Below are positions 23,582-34,420 of a DNA stretch of 64,000 bases, one piece after another. Numbering within the stretch: position 1 is the first letter of the stretch; each line of letters opens with the position of its first letter. Made by a program: the position numbers and the translations under genes. The stretch comes from Paragordius varius (Eukaryota > Animalia > Nematomorpha): the NCBI GenBank assembly GCA_964247055.1, contig OZ176050.1:9362001-9426000 (forward strand), given 5' to 3'. The notes under the pieces were generated by a model, which worked only from the letters and a program-made list of their open reading frames with translations, made no database searches and was not told where the DNA came from.

Positions 23582-26500
23582 ATGCCTTCAAAAACAAAAT
23601 TGAAGCGACCATTGATTCCCAAAAAGAATAAAACAGAAAACTTATCTGATGAAGAAATTGAATCTTTATCCGAGTAAAATATTTTGTAATCATAGTTCTG
23701 AGTATGACAATTCTGAAAATATTGTAGAAAGCGATCATGAAACGGCTCAGGAAAAGAGGTTGCGAATGGCTAAAGAATACATTCAGGATTTAGAAAATCA
23801 AAGTATTGAAATTATATAATTTTAAGAAAATGATATGCAGGAGGAAGATAACATGGATTATATTGGTATGAAGTTAAAGGAGGATTTAGTAATTTTTGTT
23901 TTAATTTCTAGCTCGAAAAATCTGGAAAGCTTTGTAGAAATATTGGAGAAAAGGTTGATTTTTGTTTATTAGTAATAGTTTTACCAAATAAAACCAATTA
24001 TTAATTTTCAAAAAACACACAAATGTGCCACTTGTTTCCTATTAAGTCCTGATGAAAGATACATTTACATATCCTTTAAAAATGGAACAATTGAAAAAAG
24101 TATTGCATTGTTTTGATGTTAGGGATTTACGAAACATTAAAATTGGAAAAAATATTTATGGGTTATATCCATGATTCATCGGAACAAATTATTGCTCCAA
24201 ACACAAAGATTAAAAACGCTAAAAGTAAAAGCAAACATGGTACAATTTTTGCTCTAGCTCTATCCCATGATAATAAATATTTGGTAATTTTTTACATACA
24301 TGATATGTTTTTTTAAATGTATTAATTTTGATTTAAAACCCTGTTTGATAATATATATTAATTCACTTTATTTTTTATGCACATTTTGTATCAGAAATAA
24401 TTTATATTATACCATTGAATTATTTTATATTTACCAATTATATTTGATCATTAATTATTACTAATTGTTTTTAGTAATGTTTAATTATTTATAATAGTTG
24501 ATTTGTTTTTAAATAATAATTATCAAATTATATCTCAGCTATAAAAGTATGTAAAAATGTGTTTCTGTTTAAATAATATTTATTTTAATAACTTAATAGG
24601 TAAGCGGTGGTATGAATAGGAATATATACGTTTGGAATCCAGAAACTTTACAGCACATTCACACATTCAAAGGACATAAAAGGAGCATATCGGTATTTAA
24701 TCTTGTTAATATATCCCTGTTACCTAAAACTATAATTTAATTATTTCAATAAAAAAATTCAAATGCAGAGAAACAAATAATTGTTCTTTTGAACAATATT
24801 TACAAATACGAATAATATAAAGTTTATATTACAAAATTGTGAAAAATTAGGCAAGACACATCCCTGAAATTTCAGATATATTTTTTCAATAAAATTTATA
24901 TCTTATGGATAAACATCAAACATATATTTGGATTATTCTCTAAGTTTCTGATTAACACATTTTAACAAAATTAATTTTATATAAACATCTTTTCTGTAAA
25001 AATAATTTGTTACATATAATATTAAGTTGATTGTTTTTATAGATATTTTTATATAATACGCCATATTGAAAATATTAATATTTGGAGCTTTCACCACGTT
25101 AATATTCAAATAATATTATTTTACATAGTAATAAAAAAATATATGGACCACGAACTTCATTGTATGACAGAATAAGTTATACCGCATTTTTGGCTATATC
25201 AAAATATTTTAAATATTTCTTCATTATAGTTTTGTTTTGTATTTAAGTCAGAATACATAAAATATTATTTTGAAGCCTGTAAAAAATTTAGATTAATTAA
25301 AAAATTTTATTAAACTTGATATTGTTTGTATGTGTTGGCATGTATACTATGGCTGATTTTATATTTTTATTTGGTTTGTATATTTGCAGTCACTAGTTTA
25401 TTTGATAAATTCAATTCTCTCCATTTAAATTTTTTCGACAATTAAGATTCAATAAGCTTTAACATCAGTGTTATTATCTCTGATAATAGGATAACTATAT
25501 TTTTGACTTGCGTTCTACATATATTCACGTTTCCAACCTTAACAAATTTATTATGTCACACATTATAATATTACTTTCTAAGTATTATATCCTCACCGCT
25601 TAATTCAAAAATTTGATCATCATTAATCAATATAATATTTGCCAATATTTAATTAGAGAGACGAATAAATACAAAATGTAGAGTTATCTTATAATTTAAG
25701 GTATATAATTTAGAAAATACTTGTACAAAATTAGTTCCAATTGAACTTAATATATTAGAAATAAACGAAGGGTTATATTATATACCTTAAGTTAATTCCC
25801 AAATACCATTATCCTTTTATATATCGTCAAATTTGACTTTTTATAGTGTATAATTACTATTTTATAAATATTATTATTAAGGCCCTAAAATTTCGTCAAA
25901 AATCTCATCAACTCTTTAGCGCCTCGTTTGATCGCACAATCAAGATTTGGGATTTGGATCAAATGGGTTATGTCGATACACTGTAAAAATTTATTTTATT
26001 TAATTTAATATTATTATTATTTTTTTCGGATTTAAGTTTAAGTTATAAGGTAGAATTACAAAATTTTTAAATTTTCTAAACCAGTATTTCCGCATAATCA
26101 TTATAAGTTAATTTTTTTAATGATAGTATTATCCTAACATAAATTGCTGAATTTGAATTTCTTAGTATTTGTCTGATTTACATGGTTAATTTTCGTGTTT
26201 AAATTAATTTTCATGATATAAAATTTATATTGATCTAATTTGAATCGAAATAATCTATTTGTCTATTTTCTTATGTAATTAACATTATTTTTTATATTAC
26301 ACGATATAAATGTTAAGATTTGGTCATGAGGAAGCCATAACAGATCTGGATAGTTTTGTTCAGGAACGCTGTTTAACAACCGGAGGTCGGGATGGAACCA
26401 TACATCTTTGGAAAATTATTGATGAAAGTCAACTCATATATCGATTAAATTGGTTAATTTATGTGAAATTAATTATTTTTAAGTTTTTTACGTTTGTTTA

Positions 26501-26854
26501 GTTTGTCTCTAAATAAATTTATTACATATTTTTAATATATAGAATAAAATTTGAACATTTTTTTCTTTAACAAATAATATACTTAAAATTTTATTTTTTA
26601 TTTATCCATACATATTTTAGTTCGGCCGAAAGGGTGCGTTATATTAATGAGGATTATTTTATAGTTGGAACGGATGAAGGGTATTTAATGTTGATTTTAT
26701 ATGATTTTTAATTATAACTAAAATTGAACGTAAAGTATTAGTCAACAAAAGCTTTTATAATAAACGAAGTTTGGGACGTTTAAGATTATATGATTTTTGC
26801 CCCTTTTCCAAATTTAAAAAAAGAATTAATCATTTTTAATTTTGATTAAAGTTT

Positions 26855-26901
<47 letters not shown>

Positions 26902-27887
26902 TTAATTTAAGTATACAACATTTATGTTTTCTCTAAATTCTATCGTTTATTACCGTAAAAATAATGTTGTTTAAATACTATGATTGATTACCGATTACTT
27001 TATTAAATTATGGTTTAAATTGGCCAATTAGGCCGCTTAAAATTTGTTTTAATCAAATGATACATAGCCAATAAAATTAATTTAACGATTAATCTACTAT
27101 TTTTTGTATGATTTAGTACCCTTTCCATATGGAATACGGGAAAGAAAAAGCCCCTATGTGAATTTAGCCATCACATAACCGAAGATATTAACATGGATTC
27201 ACCAAATTCTAATCATATTTCCATTGACAATAATTCTTTATCTCAACACAAATTTTGCGGAACAGAAAGGAATATAGATTCGCCTTTGTTAAATCCGACG
27301 TGGATAACTGCTATAACAACTTTGAGAAATACTGATATTTTTGCAACAGGTTATCAATTTATACACTTACATTTTTTTCTAATAAACCTACAATATATTA
27401 TTAAATTTTACAATCTATCATAATTAGGATCTTATGATTCATATATACGACTGTGGCAAATTAGCTCTGATTATAAGTCTGTCAAACTCCTAGCCTCAAT
27501 ATATATGGTAAGATTTTTTGATAAAATAGCTATTGATCAGTTTTAATCATATTTATTGAACTAATTAATTTTTGAAATTGTATTTGGTTATCGTAAACTT
27601 TATATAGTTTATCGAAATTTTCAATTAGGTAATAATTCCCAACACTTTTTCATCGATAATGTTTTAGTTTAATTAGAAAAGTAAACATTATCTCTAAATT
27701 TCAATAAATTTGTTTAAATTCTACTTTATATATATATATATTATTTTAGCCCGGTTTTATAAATAATCTGGAATTTTCGACGGATGGAACCACATTGTTT
27801 GCAATAATTGGTCGAGAACACAAATTTGGTCGCTGGAAAGTTTTTAAACACATTAAAAATGGTATTGCGCGCATCAAATTACTGTGA
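23582..27887 (+). CDS. RRP9: U3 snoRNP-associated WD40 protein RRP9 (U3-55K), ~474 aa, 13 exons
   Basis: Exons 23582-23673, 23696-23802, 23827-23888, 23912-23953, 23979-24099, 24123-24283, 24600-24692, 25882-25982, 26318-26452, 26621-26680, 27117-27349, 27428-27507, 27750-27887 (1425 nt). Motifs ETAQEKRLRMAKEY, LKEDLLEKSGKL, FDRTIKIW, LFGHEEAI, TGGRDGTIHLWKI, WNTGKKKPL, PGFINNLEFS and GREHKFGRW match RRP9. Confidence 0.95.
26855..26899. repeat. (TA)n microsatellite in RRP9 intron 10
   Basis: TA run with a single C interruption. Confidence 0.95.
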
Positions 27888-28415
27888 TAATGAAACTAAT
27901 CCAACTAATCACATATTATATTTTTATGCAATGCAATAAAATTTTTCTACAATATCTACTATATTTGATTTATTTTTTTTGCTTCACAAAAATATCTAAA
28001 TGGATATATAAGCGGCTTATTACTCACACACTCAAAATTTTAGCAAAACAAAATTTTTTAATTAAGTATCGATCTGTTTTTGTTATTGTCGCCGTTTTAA
28101 GCAAATGATATTTGGATTGTAAAATTCTTTTTTCCCAACTAATGATATTTAACACGTCTAAGTATGGTAAAAATTGTAATTAACTTTGTCATGATTAAAT
28201 TAACTTTTATATTAAATCATGAAAAAAAATTTTATAAAAAAAAGAGTTAACAGAACAAACATAAATTCATCCGAAAAAAATTTTCTACTCATCAAAAATA
28301 TTAAATCTAATTTATAAAAGTTATATTATGAATATCATGACATGGCAAAAAAATCCAAATATAAAAAATGAGAATGAATATAAGTTTTTTGTAATAAAAC
28401 AAAAGACTTTTTCAG

Positions 28416-31400
28416 TTAGTTGGTTGTAGATGTGGGAAGCATTTGATGAGATTCATTATTTTGGTTATCTGATTTATCTAGTTGTTCTGTTTGTGTTTGA
28501 CACATGCTAATGTATTCAGGATGACGGATGACCTCTTTAATGCCTTTTTTCAGGACATTCAAACGCCAAACCATAGGATAACTCCTGGATTGTTCATATT
28601 CCGTTTCTAACAAGGAAATAATCGATCGAAGCACAAAATATTTCCTTATTAATTTGTGAATGTCGGATTGAAGTTGATAGTTTATTTTTTGTATCTCCTC
28701 CACACTAAAACCTATACCAAAGTGTAAAATTTTAACAATACATTTACTTAAATGGTTTGAAAATATAATTATCACTGTATTGTGAGAATTAGTTATATAA
28801 TGTTACCTTATGTAAAATCCAGAGAGTTGATTGATTAAATTTTAATTAAAATAATTAAATTTCCTAATCGGACATGGCACAAAATGTCAAATTAGTTATA
28901 GTTATACAATATGTAATACCTTTTAGCATCATTTTATTTTGCTAATTAAATAGGGGTAGAGATAAATAGTGAAAATAAATAATGTTTTTAAATATAATTT
29001 GGATGGCCATAGTGAGCCGGTATTTATGCTATTTAACAGACATTTAAACTCTATTTATGTACTCAACTTATAATGGTAAAACATATATCTCCGGGCCTTA
29101 AGTTCTCTGTTTTAGCGGGTATACAAACTCCTAACTGACAGTGTTTGCCCGTGTTCATTATGTGTTAATGATGAGTCTACAACAAGGACGAAACGCATCT
29201 CACGCTATGAGTGGTAAACACTGTCAACTGAAATTTCATAAATTCACCTCTTGCTGATCGGAAGTACAATGACTTCTAATTGCAAAGATAGGCTAATAAT
29301 AATAATCTCCATATTATGCCGTTATTAGTATAATACACATGTTTGAAAATTTTGTGTGTTTTTGAAACAGGATGTCCGACACAAATGGCTTCGCGGGCCA
29401 CTTTCGATATATTTATAGCAAAAAGATTTATTAGATTTCAAACATAAGAAATGCAACACAACAGTTTTCTAGCTCTTGCCAATTGGATGGACCTATTTAT
29501 AAAAATTATCAATTTCGCTTAAATTTTGTGAGATTTACCAAATTATGAATTATTAAATTTTCTCGGGCTGCACAAAAAGCCTCGAATGTGCGCATGTTAC
29601 CCCTGTTTTAAAATAAAAAAATCAATCAATTTATTTAAATATATTTTATGGGTAATATTTTTTTCGTTTGAACGGTCTGATTACGATTAGATTCAAAAAG
29701 ATATTGAGGATACACAGTTAATAACCTATCTTATCTTTTTATCCGGTAAGGACAGGAGTAATTAAGAAGTAGGCCCATTAAAATTTAACCGGGCTTTCAG
29801 TAACGATGAAAAAATTAAGCAGTTTTGGCGATCAAACCTTTATATACTCATGGGAATGCTGAATTGAAATACATAAAACTCTTTAAATCAGCTCTTCTAA
29901 AACTAGGCATATCATCAAATATTCTACGTAATAATTTTATGTGTGATATGAAAAAATATTTATTAAAATATATATTTTAGGTTATAGTAATATATTTATC
30001 AACTACTTGTCGGTCGCTGCAAATACTCGAAAACAATGTATGAAAATTTGGATGAATGTTAGTGAAATTAGGTGTATCATATCAATTGATCAGTGTGTAT
30101 ACATTAGATAGTTTTTATTAATTGTGAGATAGATTATAAAGCAAAGCGCATCAATATTGGCTAATAGCAGGAAAAATGAAAATAAAAGTTATAGACTAAT
30201 AATCATGCCCTTTACTTTATAAACTATCTGGCATAAACGATCTAAATGTGACGCGTGATTCTCACGGATTTAGAGGCATATTTATCATAACTTATTTTTA
30301 TATCTGTTCTTTAAAATAAGACTACATCAAAATATACAGATAGTTTGCATACTCTTTCATATCCCATTTTTAAAATGATATATTAAATAATTAATGTACA
30401 AAAACAGCATACCCTATACTAAGTACAAAATTGTATTAATTATAATAGCTGAAACTATGTATTACAAACGAATATTTAACTAAAGCGTCCATAACTTTAT
30501 ATCATAATTTAAAAAAAATCCTAAAACAATTGATACTGATTATTAGTAAGACATATCATATCCGAAATAAAAATCGAATTATTCCATATTTTATATGACA
30601 TTTTTGAATTCTTGGCCCCACTAAATTTGAATTTAATAAATTCGTAGGTTTATGATAAAACCCCATCTTTAAGAAAAAGACGTTACTTAGGTGCGGTTTT
30701 AAATGCAGATGCCATGTTAAGATATGATTAAATAGGGCTAAGTGCAGTCGGTCGGATCGGAGAAAATTCTTATTGTAAAACTGTTTAAATATTCTCAACA
30801 TACAAAATAATTTGATGAGTTACGAAAAGGCCAAAATGATGCTTAGGCTTATGATTCAAACAGAGTTTAATGTTTTATCTGCTAGGAATTGTTCATGATA
30901 CACTCAATTAAAGTGATATCTGCAAAGGAGATTGTGTATTGAGGCTAAAAAGGAAAAAGCGACCGAAGACAAAGTGGAAATAAATAATTAAAGATTTTAA
31001 ATTCGGAATATGTGGAATGTCAAGGATAGAAAATTTCAAAAATTAACATTGAGGAATCTTAAATATAAGTGATAAAAATATTTTTCTCGGTTATTTGATT
31101 TAGAAAAGATAAAATTAATTCTTATGTTTATTGATTCTTATTTTTAACATATGTTTAAACTATCCTACTCATATACATAATAATTGACTCTGTAAAATAC
31201 TAAAACAACATTACCTTTTGTGAGATTGTCCATACTAATTTGAATGATAAAACATTATATTTTGTTTAAACTTTAAATAACCAAAAATATTAAAAAGTAT
31301 CAAAACAAAAACGATATTTTCACATTTTATTGTGGAATTTGATGTTACTTTATTAAAAGTAACGGGTTGAGATTTTGTGTGGATCAATTGTCGATTTTCT

Positions 31401-33009
31401 TTTAACCACAATAAACATAGTTCTTTTCTAAAAAAGCGTTTGAACAAAATTTCTGGACTTTATACTAATCCAGAAAAAATGGAATTGAATAAAATAAAAC
31501 AAACACACTATTCAATAAAATATTTGTTTGTTATAAAATTTAACAAAAATCGCCATTCACCTTTCTTTGAAGGCTATAACTTGGTTAGGAACCCTAGAAA
31601 CTATTTAGTAGCCTTTAGCCAATTTTAAAATCCTGTAACACATGGCGTAGTTAAACTTATGTAGGCTTTTATATGTGACAATTTATCTTAAAAATATTTA
31701 CCTATCCATTTGTCTGTGTTTAGAATTCGGGGCTTGGCTGTTTTTGACCGAAACGAAATGCGGGACATAAATGAGCTCGTATCCCCGGTATTAGCGCCCA
31801 ATGTATGTTTCGTTTGTGGAGTAGCAGTTGATGATCCCTGACTAGGATCAAGCTCATTAATTTTTGTTGATATTTTTTCATTTTCAGAAGATTTGTCTGC
31901 CCCATTACGTACATTATTGCTTGTGGCATCAAGAATGGGTGCAATCGATTCCATAGCCGTTACTAAACGTGTCGTATATTCCATTTTTGATTCACCTGTT
32001 TGTTGTTCTGGGATGGGCAGTAAATGATCATGTAGAGTTTTATTGAAGTTTATCACATCTTTCACACATCTCTTAAGCGTTCCATACCTTGTGATAATGT
32101 TAAAATCATCTTTGGATGCGACATATTGCGCCCTTAATTTGTCTAAACATTGTTTCAACATTTCATACAATGCCATTATTTTCGTTTTAGCTTTAATCAA
32201 TTTGGCGTTGAGTTCTTTAGCTTCCTCTTTTGATAAAGCTGTTGGGTAATTTTTATACATGTGAAGTATATAATAACAATATAAAAATTTTTGAACGCAT
32301 AACAATAGAGCATCTTTCACGTCGCGTAACCTTGGAGACAAAGATACTAATATTTAACGAGAGAGGGAAATGGTAATAAAAAAACGCTTAAAAAGATTTT
32401 TAATTAATTAATATGGCTTATTCAAGGCTTTAACTTGTTGTAACAATTGTCTACCTCAATAATTAATAATAGACTTCTTTTTTTAAAAAAAAGTTGACAG
32501 TCAAAATTTATAGAAAGCTATTAATGATAACAAGTTCTTGAAAAATTACTTGCGTAGGTCTTAATATGCTACATAATTATGGATTAATTAAAAAATTTCA
32601 AAGCTACAATAAAAATGATTAATGATTCACAATCGTTTATTTTTTACAGACGAATCCCAAATGAATAAGTTAAAATTGGTAAAAATCAAAAACTGTTTAC
32701 ACATACACTTAATTTCTTAAATTTAATAAATCATATTTTTGGGAATATTAATTATCTAGCTCGCCATAAATAATTAATAAATATAATTAAAAGTTATGAT
32801 AGTTTGCAACAAAAAACGTATTATATGGTAGGATTTTTAAAGCAAAAAAAATTATGACTTTCTTGCTCCTCTTGGCACAGTTCCTGAACGATAACAGCCA
32901 AAGTCGCAAGCGTTCCGCGACTCCCTAAAAAACCAGGTAAAAGATTATGTTTTTGGGCAAATAAAAAGCAAAAAATTAGAGGCCAAAAAATAAACATACC
33001 TTTGGACAT
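28416..33009 (-). CDS. Unidentified ~338-aa protein with two similar helical domains, 4 exons
   Basis: Exons 33009-33000, 32924-32859, 32346-31702, 28711-28416 join with GT-AG boundaries and consistent phases (1017 nt), and absorb ORF-track entries 32821-33087, 31688-32341 and 28416-28775. The 5' end is uncertain and I do not recognise the family. Confidence 0.7.
29136..29226 (+). ncRNA. Degenerate type I hammerhead ribozyme motif (Penelope/retrozyme-like)
   Basis: Core reads aTGATGA (29168-29174), stem II GTCT-acaacaa-GGAC, then GAAAC-GC-ATC. It is enclosed by an 11-bp perfect inverted repeat TGACAGTGTTT (29136-29146) / AAACACTGTCA (29216-29226). The core C3 position is A and the cleavage triplet is non-ideal. 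Confidence 0.65.
29368..29605. mobile_element. hAT (Buster/Charlie-type) MITE in intron 3 of the unidentified gene
   Basis: Starts CAGGATGTCCGACACAAATGGCTTCGCGGGCCAC and ends CTCGGGCTGCACAAAAAGCCTCG...TTACCCCTG. The 8-bp flanks TTTTGAAA and TTTTAAAA match at 7/8 positions (nnnTAnnn type). Confidence 0.7.
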
Positions 33010-34420
33010 AATGTTTGTAATCAAGTAAAATATATGTATATAATATCTTTCCGGAATTTTTTGTTGGTATATTTTAGAGATACCCAATACTATGTATAAA
33101 ATGAATAGAAATCACATTTAGGGAAGAAAGTGTTGGACAATGTGTTTTATAAATTCATTTTATTATAATATAGCCACCATTTAAAGACACAATACAAATT
33201 CGATTTATAAGAGACATGAAAAAAAATATATAGAAAACTTATGCAAATTCATCATTGATGTATTTAGCATATAATAATAATAAACAGTAAAATGGCGTTT
33301 AAGTGAGCCAGCTTATTGACAAATATATGATGAATAAGACAAAAAACTTTGATAAATACTAAAAAATAGATAAAATAGTTTTTACGATTGAAACGTTTTT
33401 TTGAAATGGACATAAAAATTGGATAAAATCAATATAACTATCCAAAAAAATTATTTTCAGGTTAAACAGATGCAGAAACTTCGTAATATAAATATAAGTT
33501 ATCTTAAAAAACCCAAAATATAATAAAAGGTCTCATAAGAAATTATATCATGTTTAGTAGACAGCATTATTGCATTATTTAAAATTGTTTTTAAATTTGT
33601 TAAAAATGATATAACAAAAATTTTCAAACTTAAAACACCTAAAAAGTTATCTGTACTCCTCTAATAAATTATTTATGATTTATTCATTTATCCATCCATC
33701 CATTTATTAGTATTTGCCTTTTTTATCTTTTGCAAAGTTTGTACTAAAAAATTTATTACAATTTTTTCAAATAAAAAACGATATTAGATTATGAATCTAT
33801 GAATGTGTCTACCTTATATATATCAATACTCAAAAATATTTTTTTTTCAAAATTAATATAAATCATATCTGTCTCAATTCAATTTCATCAAAAGAAGTTC
33901 CCTACAACCAAAATAAATTAATCGAAATAAAATTCAATATAATATTTATTAATCATACATATAAATATATATATATATATAAAGAGATTAGAAGATGAAC
34001 AAGACACAATTAATGTCATATATATAATTGGTAATATTAAAAAATAACATTGTTGCAAGAAATTCATGATTTTTATTGAAAAGTTGAGAAAATCGCTTAT
34101 ATAAATATTGAATACCAATGTTGGTTCATGCGAATAAAAACTTTTAAAAATATAATTCCATATAAATAAAGGTTATAATATTGAATGAGTATACATAACG
34201 GTCTAGTGTGTGTTCCTGATATAATATTTTAACTAAATTTTAATATAAAATTTTAAATAAATAATTAGTGTATGCATCATTCTCTAAATGAGTTGTATTA
34301 TTGAAAGTATAGTGCGAGCTTCCATTATTAGAATATTTTTTTACATATTAAAATGGTGGTCCCAAGAAACAATAAATACTCATGCATGATTTAATTAAAT
34401 CAAATGAAAATGTGTAGTGC

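Noticed and set aside
23954-23972. 19-nt version of RRP9 intron 4 using the first AG
   Set aside because: It would be followed immediately by an in-frame TAA. The AG at 23977-23978 restores the WD40 frame.
30812-30828. TGATGAGTTACGAAA as a second hammerhead core
   Set aside because: No C3, essentially no stem II, and no stem I or III pairing.
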